Part shown: positions 38,195-53,119 of the stretch, piece by piece
Position numbering within the stretch: position 1 is the first letter of the stretch
Layout of the letters: each line of letters starts with the position of its first letter
Assembly (NCBI RefSeq): GCF_018977255.1
Contig: NW_024704742.1
Span: forward strand, 133,488,001 to 133,552,000
From: Callorhinchus milii
Taxonomy: Eukaryota
Direction of reading: 5' to 3'
Length of the DNA: 64,000 bases
Translations under genes and position numbers: made by a program
Notes under the pieces: model-generated
Told to the model about the DNA's origin: nothing
Seen by the model: the letters and a program-made list of their open reading frames with translations, nothing else
Database searches by the model: none

Positions 38195-40643
38195 GTAAGT
38201 GCTGGAAGCTAAATCCTTCACTACTGATCAACTGTGTCTTGTGGATACCAATCGCTCCTTTGCCTTTGAAATATAAATATTATAATGAGGGAGAATAATC
38301 TGCGACTGTTCTCAATAAGATGTGGATTGATTATTGAATTGAAACCCAAAGTTGCACCACAGTCTTATCTGATGTTCTTGTTTTTACTGATGCCATCATG
38401 CAGGGCAGGAAAGTTTTAATGAGATGATCTATGGTAGGTGGAAAGTAAGAGGAGTGTGGCGTACTGTAACCCGATTGGAAAGTAATGATTGATTCGAAAG
38501 GGGAGGGATGAGCACAAGATCAAAAAAGGACTGTTAAGCGGGTATGGGTCACTAACTAGCCTAAAGTTGCAACTGAGGCAAGAAGACAATACAGATCTGT
38601 TTCCCGGATTGTTAACTATACCTTTTTCTGTAACCTGCTATTTCCATACCGACCTGTCCTTTCCCTTCACTCAGCGGATTCTGGCCTGGTCCATGTCTCG
38701 TGCCTGACCCGCCCCACCATCAGTGGTCGGCCCTTCAGCCTCTCTGCCCCCACCCTTTGGAACTCCATCCCACAGTCCCTTCGCCTCCCCCCCTCCCTTG
38801 CCTCCTTCATGGCCCGTCTCAAGACCCTCCTCTTCAAACATGCCTTCGGTCATCCTCCTACTGCCACTCCCCCTGCCCTCCACCTTCCAGGATCCCAACC
38901 CCCAGCTCGGGTGCAAATCCCTGACTGTCCAAAACCTTGGGACGTCCTCCTGACATGAAAGGTACTATACAAATGTAATTTGTTGTTGTAAGAACACGTT
39001 GTCTCAGTATTCAAGATTATGCAGAATTGTGGAAAATTCTTGAATTTAGGCTTCTTTTGGAAGCTGGTCTTCCATGGTTTTGATGACACTGCATTGATAG
39101 AGGTGCTGTTATTTACCATGAGAAGTCGAATCAAGGTTCCATCTGTTTGTTTAAGTGGACATTAATGATCCCATTGCTCTACTCGAAAAGAGAAGTGCAT
39201 TTCACCTGGTGTCCTGGTCAACAATCCCCATAGATAAAAAATGACCATTTCCTTCCTGGCCCTCTTTGTGGGTCATCGCTGTGTACAAGTTGCTGCAGAG
39301 AGTATTAGACTCAGTTTGGCAAGAATCCAGAGTGTGTGTTTGGGGTAACTCCTGGAGTTTAACTAACTTAAACCAAATAGCTTTCCATTGAGAGCACTAT
39401 CTGGCAAGCTTCCCACTGCTTGTCCAACTAGGACCACCCTACCTGTTAGGGCTTGCAGGGTTAAAAGGAGCTGAGTGGAATGCCTCACTGCTCCCAGTGA
39501 CTGGTCTGCCCTTTCAAGTCCTGCTAATGGGCCAGGCTGAGTTGTGCTGTCATCAGCAGTTCCTTAGAATATTGCAGACCCATTGGACAAGCGAGACCGC
39601 CACAGAGAACTGGCTCGATTCCGACATTGTGTTGCTAAGCGTGTCACCTTGGAAGCAGTTCAGCTTAAAAATGATCTCTTATATGGCCTTGTCAAAGTGC
39701 AGTTTGCTTGCACAGCAAGCATACTGCATCCAGTGACCTGCAGATGGAGTCTGTGTGCTACTTTTTCAGAAAGTTGTGCTGTGTTATCCCGTTGACTGCT
39801 GGCTATCCCTGAGAACTCCATGCCCTCTGAGTTAGAAGGTTTCAAAACCAAATACAAATAAATCCTTGTATTTGATACAGCGCCTTATCACATCATCGAG
39901 ACATCTCAAAGGATATACTGTGAAGTAGTGTGACTTTGTGTGTCTTATGGGCAAAACGTGGCAGCCAATTTGCATACGGCAATGTCCCACAAACAGCCAC
40001 GGTGTGAACTTAACTCATGTTATCCGGGGGGATTGCTGGCATAAGGACACCGGGAGAAATTCCCTTTCCTTTTCAAATAGTGCCATGAGAGTTTGGATTG
40101 CCCTGCCAAGTATTGTGGTAGAGACAGAGCCCTTTAGGTGTTTCAAGAGGGAAGCAGACAGGTATCCCAGGGCCTTGGGAGGTCCTCCCTACATGAAAGG
40201 CACTATACAAATGCATTTTTTTCTTGTTTATAATGAAGAGTAGAGGCTTGAAGGCATATGGGATGAAACAATGTGACAATATTAAAGTCATCCAGAATGT
40301 TCTCCCAACGTGAAAGGCGTGATACAAATGTAATTTGTCTTGTTGTCAGAAGTAACTAAATAAACTTTAATAGTCAGAGCCTGTTTACTATTTTGTGGGT
40401 CCACAAATAACACAAGTGCTTTGTGGCCTTGTGGTTTACCAGAGATGTGGTACACCTGTGTGTCAACCAGGTGCACCTTTGAACTACAAGGTTGTGAGTT
40501 GAAACCCTTGCTCACAAAATACACAGTCAATCCACTTTACAGTACATCTTGTGAAGTGCTTTAAAATGTCTCAACGCTATATCAAATGCAAGGATTATTC
40601 TTAACATTATTATTCCTAATAATATCATTTTATTTCCTTTTAG

Positions 40644-40849
40644 ATTTACAAAAGGGCCTTTTACCACTCATAGGGCTGAAGGGATTATATTTTGTAGGGT
40701 ATTTTCTATTTGGTCTCGGAACTGGGCTAATCGCCATTTTCCCTGTTGTCAACTCCACGCTGGTCCTGTGTGCAGCCTTTGGGGTGATGTCCAGTACCCT
40801 TTACACAGTCCCCTTTAACCTGATCTCCGAGTACCACAGAGAGGAAGAG
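40644..40849 (+). CDS. SLC45A2: SLC45A2 exon 6 (206 nt)
   Basis: Acceptor ttccttttag. Encodes [28 protein letters not shown]...[19 protein letters not shown]. Donor GAG|GTAAGA. Confidence 0.96.
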
Positions 40850-41929
40850 GTAAGAGTTGGGATGTATGTTGAAGAATGATGTAATAATGATCCTTACATT
40901 TGATCCAGTGCCATTCATTTCGAGAGGATGTCTCAAAGTGCTTCACAGCTACACCGTGAAGTGTGGTGACTGCGTATGTTCCAGGTGAACGAAACACCCA
41001 ATTCTCACACACACACACAGCCATAAAGTGAATGATTAATTTTATCTGGCAGGATCCTAGCCTCTTTGGCTAAGGCCCTTTGTAAAACACCTCAAACTAT
41101 CTGAATGCAGTTCCTTCCTGGTGTTTCCTTCAGATAGACGTTAAACTCTGACGCTGCTATGATGGTTAAAGGTCCCTTAGAATTAATCCAAGGTGTTCTC
41201 CCAGAAACCTGACCAATATCCACCACCTTCGGGAGAAACAGGAAATATTGGTCAAAATTTCGGATGTTGTTTAAAATCCACCATCAACCTCTGCTGAAGG
41301 CTATTGAGTCCTTCCTTTGTCAAAGGTGCCATCCTTCGGATGAGGAGTTAAACCGAGGTCCTGTCTGCTTGTTCAGGTGGATGTTAAAAGATCCTATGGC
41401 ACTACTCGAAAAGAGAAGGGAGTTTCTCCCAACTGCAAAGAAAGCCCATGATGTACTTTGTAGTCTGAGAATGTGATGAGGCACTATATCAAATGCAAGG
41501 GTTATTATAATAATAATGAGAATGATAGTTGTATTTAATGCAGACCCTTATGTCATTCAGATGTCTGAAAACACTTCACAGAAAATACTGTAAAGTGAAT
41601 TGACTGTATACTTTGTGGGCAAAACGCAGCAGGTAATTGTGCACAGTAGTGTCCATAAATAGTCATGGATTGCATGACCAAATTACGATTATTATATTTT
41701 TTTATTATTACTATTATAACCAATTAGGATATAGCCAAAAATACAACCAACTGAGCCAAAGCCACATTTAGCGAGGGTAATTCTGAGAGCCCAGCCCATG
41801 TGAAGGGTGCTGTATGAATGCAAGTTGTTGTTGTTGTGATGGTTGATAAGGATTTGCAGAGTTTAGAAGGTTCTGGTGGAAATGTGCCCTACGACAGACA
41901 GAAGATTATGATTTTCCTGTGTTTTTCAG

Positions 41930-42154
41930 ATGCACCACAGGGGCAATGGGGGACTCCCATATGACAGCCGGGGTAAAGGCATCGACTGCGCCGCACTGAC
42001 CTCCATGGTGCAGCTGGCACAAATCCTGGTGGGAGCCGGGGTAGGTGCCTTGGTCAACATGGCAGGCAGCGTGATTGTTGTGGTGATCTCGGCGTCCGCC
42101 ATGTCTCTGGTCGGCTGTTGCTTCGTCACATTTTTCATCAGATATGTCGAGTGA
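41930..42154 (+). CDS. SLC45A2: SLC45A2 exon 7 (225 nt including TGA); spliced CDS 1554 nt = 517 aa from ATG 27558
   Basis: Acceptor gtttttcag. Encodes MHHRG...[35 protein letters not shown]...FFIRYVE*. Candidate AATAAA at 42170 and ~42873. Confidence 0.96.
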   Translation: MHHRGNGGLPYDSRGKGIDCAALTSMVQLAQILVGAGVGALVNMAGSVIVVVISASAMSLVGCCFVTFFIRYVE

Positions 42155-44176
42155 AGGTCAAGAGCGAGAAATAAAATGGGGTGAAGACCACAGTCCGTTG
42201 ATTCTGCACGCTTTCCTTCTGCACTTCCCCATAGTAACATCACGGCATCTACACTGTACTTTGTATGGAAGCCGAAGGGAAATGCAAGAACAACAAGTAA
42301 GAACAACAGCAACAACTTGCACTTATATAGCGCCCTCCACGCAGGGTAACATCTCAGAGCGCTTAGTAAAATCTTATTTAACATGTTACAGTGAGAAATT
42401 CCACCCATTTTCTTAGCATTCAGAGTTTGAACTTTGAAGCCGGCTTTTTGAAAGAAACTTATCAATAACTCACCTCAAAAAACAAAGTTGGATTTGGATT
42501 TTGAAATGGAAAGCCATGAGTTTTTTTTAGCACGCACGCACACTCTGGGGTGGGAGGTGGGGGTTTGGGGGGGAAACCTTGGCTCTCACCAACCCGTGCT
42601 GATACTTTCTAGGATCGGGTGAAATGGAGTGTGTCCCTCTGGGGAGAGAGTGCGCAATCCATTCCAGACGGGAATGAAAATTCCCACGCGGGATGTGGAA
42701 CTCTCAGCAATTTGGTTGGAGATGGTTTGTGATGGGTTTCCGTGTGAGTCGACCCCTGTCTGACCAAGAAAAAGGGCAATATCTTCTCGTCTGGTGCTAT
42801 GTCCATTTTGGTTGAAGTGATAACCCTCTGACCCAGAGGCGAGCAGGGCAGGCACTGAGCCAAACTGACACACAATAAACAAACCCTTTTTATTTCAAGT
42901 TGTCGTGACTTTTTGTTGAGCTTCTTTTGTTCCAGGCAAATGAAAAGATTAGCTTCCTGCCTTGTGTGAGCACACAGCACGTTGACACGAAGGTGAAGAG
43001 AGACTAAACCAAGATACCATCTGCCTATCCGGGTGGATGTTAAAGATCCCTTAATTCTGTAATAATAAATAATAATCCTTGCTTTTGATATAGTACCTAA
43101 TTGCGTTGTGAAGAAAAGCTCTGCATAGCTGAAAATTAAGGATGACAATTCCAACCAGCCGAATAATAGTAAAACTAGTTTGTGAGAAGGAAAGTGTAGG
43201 AAAATACAGACCAGAAATGGAAAATAACTCAAGAGGAACTCTGTCAAGGAATTCGATAGGATAGCTACAGAGAAACTGGATGTGTAGGGGAAAAAAGTCC
43301 CATAGGATTATCTGTTATCTGGGACGACATATCAAAGTGACTCGTTCAATGTGTACAAATAAATAGAAAGGGAATTGTACACAAGAAAGTAAGTTTATTC
43401 ACAGAATGTTGACTATGGGCCAACAGTACAATAAAACCTGCCCTTTGCTCTGCTAGAGCTAGTCAGCAATGTTAAGAAGTTAAACCAACGGTGCTGGGGC
43501 TTAATATCCTGACACAGAGAGAAGATGCATGCAGATAGCTCATATTCCATGCCTTTTTCTATCAGAAACATTAGAGTCATTAAGCCTCAGTTCCTTTCTT
43601 GTTCCTCTGATGAATTTCCTCCTAATTGTCACTGTGCTACAATCAGAATATTACTCAGTCAGTGCTCTCATGACAAACTTTGTGGTGTTAGATGGTTAAA
43701 CTCCATCATTACCTCCAGGACGCACTCTGAGGATCCCAAACCTTGGCTCTCTCCAAACAGTGCCTAATAATCTCTGGAATTAGGTTAGGAGGGAAAGACA
43801 TTGGATTTCCATGTATAAATAAATAATCTTTGCATTAGATAAAGTGCATTCACATCAAGAAGATGTCTAAAGTGATTCTCCGGATACACTGTAAAAGTAT
43901 ATCGACTGTCTTTTGTAGGCAAACATGGCAGCCAATCTGCACACAGCAATGTCCCACAAAGAGCAGGAAGTGAATGACCAATTTTATTTCAAGGATTGTT
44001 AGCCATGACAGCTGGAGAAACTCCCCTTTCCTATTTAAATAGTGGCATGAGATCTTTAATGTACACCTGAACACCTGAACAGGCAGATACAATCTTGGTT
44101 TAATATCTTGTCCATCAGCACTGGGGTCATCCTGGACTATATGAGCTCAAAGTCTTAACATGCGACTTGAACCCAC

Positions 44177-44207
<31 letters not shown>

Positions 44208-44463
44208 AACTGAGTCAGGCTGACACTTAGTCGGTTGATAGCTAGAACATAGCATCGAGTTGTGAGGAGAGGCTTCAGAAGCTAGGAACGTTCACACTAA
44301 AGAAAAGGTGGTTTTGACGTCCGAGTGCTGTTTTCAACCCCAAACTAGCTTTCACATGTGGAATGGCGAGATAAAGCTGAGGTGGTGTGATGGTCAACGC
44401 GCAAGAGGGAAGCAGGATGCAGAGAGAAAGAAAAAAACAGTAATTTAGAGAGGAGCGAACATT

Positions 44464-44905
44464 AACAACAACAACAATAACAAGATTCCTTTTATAGAGC
44501 GCCTTTCACGTCGGGAGGACGTCCCAAAGTGCTGTACAGTTGGGTCAGGACCCAAGCAGGGGGGAAATGGTCAGGCTGAGGGAAGGGAGGGAGCGAGAAG
44601 GGGGTAGAGAGTCGAGAGGGGAGCTGAAGGCACAGTCAAAGAGAAAGGTCTTGAGACCGGCCTTGAAGGAGGAAAGGGAGGAGGCGGCGAAGGCACTGGG
44701 GGATAGAGTTCCAGAGCCTGGGGGCTGAGAGGCTGAAGGCCCGGCCACCGATGGTAGGGCGGTTGGGGCGGGGGAGGTGGAGCAGACCGGAGCCAGAGGA
44801 ACGGAGGGTATGGGCAGGTAGGTAGGGGGATAGTAGGTCGGAGAGGTAGGAGGGAGCAAGGCCGTGAATGGCCTTGTAGGTGAGGATGAGGATCCTGAAT
44901 TCGAG
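44464..44905 (-). mobile_element. L2 3' fragment
   Basis: Reverse complement of the 9088-9516 L2 end, with a (CAA)n tail on the plus strand. Confidence 0.9.
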
Positions 44906-47389
44906 TCTATTCGGTGCAGATATTCACAGTAATTAAATATTTGAAAGTGATACATGAATTAAACTTTTATGAATTAATGCTATAAATCGAGAATGAGTGA
45001 GAACAATCCACTTAAATTAAAGTCTGCGGACAAAGGCACAGTGGAGAGTGGAGGATCAATCTCACTTGTAGGGCAGATTTGCCCTTTTATTGCAGTTTGG
45101 TCGCTCTTAATTAAAATGGATTGATTGAAAAACAACAAATCCTCTCGCACCATCCTGAGTTCCATAAATCAGTACTACAGTCTATATAAATTGTTATTGC
45201 ACCACAAGCCATCGATCACTGGAGCAGATTGTCCAAGATGCAACATCACTGCGGTGAGATCTTTAACAAAGCGTGTGAATGTGCGAAAAGTCCTTTAATC
45301 ATTGCTCATGATGTTATCTCTGTGAAGGTATGCCAGACAGTGTTTGCAATGGCATGGTTATAGCTGTTAGTACGCTTGTGCCATTTTTTTGGTCTGACAG
45401 CAGAAACCCATTGCCACGCTCAAAGAGTAGCCAAATCAGACTGGGTGGTGGGGGGTTCCATTGTATGTTTGACATCTACACATGGAGATTTCCCTATATC
45501 TAGAATGGAATGTGAATTCTTACAATGAAGGGGCATCCTGCTTACCTATTTCTTGACAGTATTATTATTATTGATAATATTATTAATAATACTGCTTGCA
45601 CTTGAGATAACGGCTTATATGTTGAGATGTCTCAAAGCACTTCAAAGGATATACTATAAAATGGGTTGACTGTGTATTTGTGAGAGAAAGGCATCAGCCA
45701 GTTGCACACAGCAACATCCCACAAACAGCCATGGAGTAACTGACCAATTCTATTTGGGGGATTTGATGAGAGGACACTGGGAGAGGGAAACTCCTATCTC
45801 TTTTCAAATAGTGCCATGGGATCATTAATGTCCACCTGAACAGGCAGATGGGACCTCGGCTTTAACATGTCATCCGAAGAACATCACCTTAGCAGCCAAT
45901 TTGTGCACTGCAATGTCCCACAAACAGCAATGGATTGAGTGACCAATTCTTCTTTTTGGAGGATTTATTACCCCCAGAAAGCAATGCGTCAATCGACTAA
46001 CATCTGTTTTCCTACTTACTGCCAGATAACAGACGCGGGTGGAGTAAGGAAACTTGCCTAGGGTTTTGTGCCACCAGGTAATCGAACCTGGGTCCTCTCA
46101 CTTGCGAGGCGAGCGAGCTGTGCTACCACTGTTGAGGGATTCCATAGTGTATTGGTAAGAGAAGGGAGTTATTCCCAACCCTTGACCAACAATCTTCTAG
46201 ATAAATTGATCATTCACTGTAGGTGGATATAATCAGCGACTGACTCAACCTAATTGCTTCAAAGCAGTGCATATTAATTACCTATTAATTTGTTATTATT
46301 GATATAACTCAAGATATGAATATTACTAAAAACAAACCTGACTTCCAGCTACAAAGTTCCACTTTCAGAACCTTGGAAAGCAATTTCTTACACCCACAAC
46401 CCAACTTAGATTTCGAACGTAGATTTGTTTCACGCTCTTTCATTGTTTCCTTGTATCCATTTCTCACCAATCAATCTGCCTCTCCTCTTTCTCTAAAGGT
46501 GGCCATGCTGATGGCTACTCACCCATCACAGTTAATTGCCAGTCTACATGAATGGTATGCAATGCGACCGTAGCTTTTCATTGCCTGCTTAATACCTTCA
46601 AAACTTTAAATAATAAGAAATCGTTATATTTGATGCAACCTCTTTCATGTCAGAAGGATATCTCAAAGCGCCAGAATATACAATAAAATAAAATAATGAC
46701 TGTATTTTGTAAGCGGCCAATATGTACACAGCAATGTCCCACAAACAAACAAACAAACAGCGCCTTGGGACGTTCTCCTGACGTGAAAGGCGCTACATAA
46801 ATGTAATTTGTTTTTATTGTACTTCATGCAGCAAAAACTAGCTGGCTTCAAATTGACAAACATCAGTTTTTCTGTTAAAATCATGAGTGCTCACATGTTG
46901 CACATAATAGTTGGCCAAATGCCACCCGTCCCTTCAGTCCACAAGATTTCTGGGCAAATAAGTTCCTGAAGCCAATGTTAAAGGAGTCCATTGAGCCTCT
47001 TAATCCATGTCTAAGGCTGTGATACAGTGTAGGGTGGCTTTGATGTGACAGCTTGAGATACCAGCATTATTTGAGAGTCTACAAGCAAATCTCTAAGGCA
47101 AAGGTATTTCAAGAAATAAAAGTGGGTGAAAGATTGTCCCCTCTTCGATCTTTATCCCTCCTAATAATAATCCCTAATAATAATCCGTCCAAAAAACAAA
47201 ACAATAATTGGTCATTTTTCAATCCACGACTGTTTGTGGGACATTGCTGTGCGCAATGGGCTGCCGCGTTCGTCCACAAATATACAGTCAATTCACTTTA
47301 CAGTATATTCTGTGAAGCGCTTTGGGATGTCTAGAAGACGTGAAAAGCACTATATCAAATGCAAGGATTATTATTATTACTATTCGAAC

Positions 47390-47890
47390 TCGAATTCAAG
47401 ATCCTCATCCTCACCTACAAGGCCATTCACGGCCTTGCACCCTCCTACCTCTCTGACCTACTATCCCCCTACTTACCCGCCCGTACTCTCCGTTCCTCCG
47501 GCTCCGGTCTGCTCCACATCCCCCGCCCTAACTGCCCTACCATCGGTGGCCGGACTTTCAGCCTCTCAGCCCCGAGGCTCTGGAACTCCAACCCCTGTGC
47601 CTTCGCCGCTTCCTCCCTTTCCTCCTTCAAGGCCGATCACAAGACCTTTCTCTTCGACAGTGCTTTCGGCTCCCCTCTCGACTCTCTACCCCCTCCTCGC
47701 TCCCTCCCTTCCCTCCCCTCACCCTATAATAATAATAATAATAATCCTTGCATTTGTTATAGCGCTTTTCACGTCGGGAGGACGTCCCTGAACATTTCCC
47801 CTTGCTCGGGTCCTGACCCAATTGTCCAGGGCCTTGGAGCGTCCTCCCGATGTGAAAGGCGCTCTATAAATGAAATCTTGTTGTTGTTGT
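47390..47890 (+). mobile_element. L2 3' fragment interrupted by an inverted SINE tail (~47726-47789)
   Basis: Same L2 3' sequence, with an internal (AAT)n-ccttgcattt...cgtcgggaggacgtccc segment in the opposite orientation. Confidence 0.88.
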
Positions 47891-50800
47891 ATTACAACAG
47901 CAGCAACTTGTACTTATGTATAAAGCAGGTGAGAGAGGTAGGGAGGTGCCAGTGTATAAAGTGATTTGTGGTTGAGTGTGAGGATCTTGAAGTCAATCTG
48001 TACACTGTCCTATTATAAAGTAGACTTCACTTATATAAATTCTGTGAAGATCTATTAAATATGTTGATGATGTAAAAGTGCGATAAATAATGAACACAGT
48101 ATTATTATTAGTGGTGACATTGCCAAGGTGATAATGGAATTTTGCCTCAAAAAAGTAGAGTTTCAGTCCTGCTCAAAATATAAAGGTTTTTGAATGTCCC
48201 CATCCTTGGAAAAATATATTAAAGACACTTTTCATACGATGTAAGTTACAATTTCTCTCTAGCTCTCTTGGATTCTCTGTTCTCTCTCCCATCTCCATCT
48301 CCTGCCTCTGAATTGTTTTCTAAAATGTCCCCTACCACTCTTGTCAAATCATGGGAATATAATAAGAATAATAAATCTTGCATTTGATACAGTGCTTGAT
48401 CATGTCTTTAAGACATCTCAAAGTGTTTCACACCACTTCACAAATCAAGCTCCTTTATGTAATCATACAACTTATTTTGTTATTTGCTCTGTCCCTCTAC
48501 CAATACAGCTCAGCAACAAATTTTCCTTTATTCATTGCAAACAACAAAATTGTGTTCGCATTCCTATAAAGTCAAGGTTGGTAATTGTTAGGCACCACAC
48601 ATTTAACACCTCCATGGAACAGAACAACACATTTCACAGTTAACAATTTCTTTAATTGATTTCAAAATGCTTCATTACTTCATCGTACATTCGATGCATT
48701 AAATTAACAGTACCTGTAACATACACCGACACCACTGAACTGGAATTAGCATGTTTTTATTTCAATTACATGTTGAAACATAATGAACAAATATTGATAA
48801 AGCCAACTCGCACAGCAGCAATCAATTGATCTAAGGGTTACCGAAGTGTCAAAGATTGAAAGCATTGTGAAAGATCACACGGGAATACTTTATCAAGTAT
48901 AAACTCCCTGCAGACTGGAAAATATTTGTTTCATTACAATGCAGCCTTGAACCAACTTAAATCAAACATTGGAAATGGGACAAGGAGGACAGAGGGGACA
49001 AAAAGAGATAAATTTCAGGCTGGGCATTCCACTACAAGTTCTGTGCCTAAAAGCTGATGATCTTTTATCCCCTTTAGGTAACTTGCACTGAAAACTATTG
49101 TTTACTGTCATGCATCTGTGAAAGTTACTCACTCAAGTAAGACAGCTTATTGGCAAATCACATTTAGCATATTGGACCTGAAGGGTTAAATATTTTTACT
49201 ATTGCCTGGAAAAAACAACTTGACAACAACAACGTGCACTTATATATCGCCCTCAGGGTAGTGTCTCAGAGTATCTCATACGTCTCTGATCACACTTCCA
49301 TTCATCTTCCCGCCATCCAAACCCACCCACCTGTCAAACACTTTGGGACATCCTGCCAACATGAGCTATATGAAGGTAAATTGCATTCTAATGTTGGATG
49401 TTCAGTGAGCGAGTGGTAAATCTATGGAACAGCTTCCCTGGGGACATGGTGAAAACAGAAATAATTGATTCTTTCAAATGCAAATTGGGTAGATTTCTTT
49501 CAGGAAATAATATTTTGTGGTACAGAACATAAGAAGGATAAGAAGAATCTTGCATTTGATATAGAGCCTTATCATGTTGTTGAGATGTCTCAAAGTGCTT
49601 CACAGAAATACTGAAAAGTGAATTGACTCTATATTTTATGAGCGAAATACGGCAGCCAATTCCCACAAACAGTTGTGGATTGAGTGACTATTATTACTAT
49701 TTTTTATATAGAGCGACTATTACTCCCAGAAAGAGATCTGCCAATCGACTAATAACTGGGTTCAGTTATTAGATGGATGGACCTTAATCTTTTTCATCTA
49801 GTATTTTTCTATGTTCCCGTGTTCCACTAGTGAATACAAAAGCTATTGTGAATTCACAAGAAGCCCTTGTACTGCTGTGAAATGATGAACTTCTTGCATA
49901 TGACTCAGAACATCAATCAAAATATCTCAAAGCGCTTCACAAGTAATTGCTGTAAGGTCTCATCAAACCTCAGTATTCTGATAACATCGTGAGCAAATAT
50001 TAAGTGCAAGCTGGAATCTGCACCAGGGAACTGTTGACCAATAGGGTGTTTGAAGTGACTGACAGGGTGTGGAAATATCATTATATTTCCCTGTATTAAA
50101 TATAAACTGGCTAAGTTAAATCCTTCTCTTTCATGCTGACATATCTTTAATCTGTTCTAGTGTTAACGTCTTATTAAATTCCGACTTACTACATTATTAA
50201 AAAGTAACATTTCTAAGACTCAATAGACTACGGTTTTATTGATAGAAATGAGATTTTGAAGTGTTTAGCACAATAGAAGGTGCATCTTAGTTTTTCCCAC
50301 CCACAGACAAGCTTGCAATATTAATATGCTTCCTCGTGATCCTGCTTATGGGTTTAATCGATTCATTCTTCCAAAACAGTGAGAAAATGATGACTGGTGT
50401 AAGGGGGATAATGGAAGATTAGAAGTGGCTTCAGATCTCAAAAGGGGGGCATTCAGCCGTTCATAACGTTACCTATACCTAATGTACGTGACTCAAGGCC
50501 ACTCTTGCAGTTGATGTAATACTCAACCTTGTGATTGATATAAAATGTCTCAAAGGGCTTCTGAAATGCAATTGTTTTCAAAATGCACTTGTGGCTGTTC
50601 AATTGTGTGATAAGGCGCTGTAACAAATGCGCGCATTTATTATTACCATATTCTACAAACTGTGGTGAAAAATTATGTCAAAGCGATAAAATGTTGTCTC
50701 AAAGCGTCTCACAGAATAGATTGTAAAGTGGAATGACTGTGTATGTTGTCGGCGAAACACTATGAAAGGCACTATACCAAATGCAAAAAATATTATTATA

Positions 50801-52675
50801 ATAAAGCCCCCACCAAAAAAAAAATTAGGAGAAGAACATTATGTGGAGTCCTGTAGAATATAGAATAGAGCACTCGCCTCACAAGCGAGAGCCTGGGCGA
50901 AACCTTACGCAAGTTTCCTTACTCCACAAGTCTCTGTTCACCTAGCAGTACGTAGGAACCCGGTTGTTAGTCAATTGGCAGACCACTTTCCGGGAGCAAT
51001 GATCCATCAAAAATAAAATAAATATAATTAATAAATAAACAAACAAACAAACAAATAATAATTTGGTCACTGAAACTGTTTGTGGGACACTGCTGTGCAC
51101 AATTGGCTGCTGCATTTTGCGCACAAAATTTAAGAACAATTCATCTACAGTATATTCTGGCAGTGCTGAGGTACTTTGAGACGTCTTGCCGAACTGATAA
51201 GGCGCTATATCGAATGCAAGGATTATTATTAAAATTGTCTTTTTGTGTTTCAGGACTACTATACTCAGTGAATCTCCTCCCTTGTACAATTGCAGTTCCT
51301 GCTCTTGAGGGTGCATCAAGCCTCGCAGTTTCTCCATTCAAGAAATTGCATTGAAAAGCATCTCCTGTGAGAAAGCAGCGACTGAAACACCACTGATCTC
51401 TATTTAATTGTAATAGCCAAAGCAATCAATAGAGAGAAAGAAATGACACACATCAGCTGTGATTCACAACATGTTGACATTATTTATGAATGCTTCTAAA
51501 ATCGAAATCATCAATTCAACCCTCAGAACAACACAAGATATTCCGTAAGGGTTATTTGTTTGTTTATATATCTTCCCAGAGCCATCAGTGTGGATTGGAT
51601 GATATTTACATTAAACTGGAAACTGCATTCTTTTAAAAACAAAAGAGCTTAAGTTTGTACAATATGAAGTGAGGAGGTGAAAGGAGACTCGGAGGGAGGG
51701 TGTTGGTAGTAGATGTGTAATAACATAAAAAATATCCAGCAAAATACTTTTGAATTCAACACGCTAACGTGAATTGGATGCAAAACCAAGTCGCCGTTAC
51801 AAGAACACGGGACAAATGGATATTTACGCAGCAGAATCGAAGAAATAACAAGATACAACTTCAAACGACTGTACATTATCAACACTCTTAGATGCACAGT
51901 AAAAAGTTAACTTGCAAAACATCCACATACACAACACACACACAACAGGGTTGTGAGTGCAGTTTAGAAATATTAGTTGCTTTGTGTTTTATTTAAAAAG
52001 TCATTATTCTATTGATTGCCCTTCCCAATAATAATGGAATGATAGGCAATAAATAACACCAACAACAAAGTACATTTGTATAGCGCCTTTCAGGTTGGAA
52101 GGACGTGAACATTGGGGGTTTGCCTCTTGAGAGATGCAGTTTGGGGGAAGAGAGAAGGGTGGATGAAGAGAAAGGAGGAAGAGGTTAAAAACAAGAGGTG
52201 AAATGTACAGAGAGTTAATCATTCGCATCGTTGCTCTTCATTCACTCATTAACCCAGAGGCGTGACTCTGATACAGAGAAACCCACACATCTCTGGTCCC
52301 AAAAGGCTGATCACAAAACCGGCTTAACAAGTCAAGTCATCAAAGTGAGCTAAAATATCATTTATCTGTCGATTTAAAAAAAAGTGTGCATTATTATGTC
52401 AGCTCGTCACTTATTGCCATCTCTTTCCACTCCTCCTGTGTGTGTGTGTGTGTGTGTGTGTGTTCAGTTACAGAAAACGACTGCTTCAAAGAAGAATTAA
52501 AGAAAAAGATTAAAGGTTCAATTTCACTTATTCCTCAAAAACTCGGGAGCACTTTAGAATGAGTGGAGTTTTGAGTTTGCGTTGGGCGGTGAATTTCCCT
52601 ACCCCCCCAAAAAAAAATCTTGTAAAGCCATTTCTCCTTACTCTTCTCTATCCAGAAGCTACTTTACCAGGTTGT

Positions 52676-52708
<33 letters not shown>

Positions 52709-53119
52709 TGACTTTCTCCCAATTTGAAAGTGCAATAACTCGTGTATTCTGGTGTTCCGTCTGTTGTTAACTCAGTCTCAGTGTTGGGGAAAGGTCTCCC
52801 AGCCTGGACCGACCCACGAAACCCCACCAGAGAACTTCTCTTCCTTCCTTCCCCCTATCCCTGCACCGTGCTACATCCAACCCTGACACCTCCTCAGATA
52901 ACGCGCGATTCGCAGCACTTCGCCCCCCCACCACCATACGCTCCCACTAAAATGTGCAAAATAAACCAACAGATGAAATTAAAACACTTACGCATTAAAA
53001 ATTAAAGCTCTCTTGCATTGCATTTCTTTGCGGATTCTCTTGTTTTTCTATGCTTTTCTGATGAAAATCACAATGTATATCATGTCCTCTGAAAACTGGG
53101 ACATTTAAACGTTCATCCT

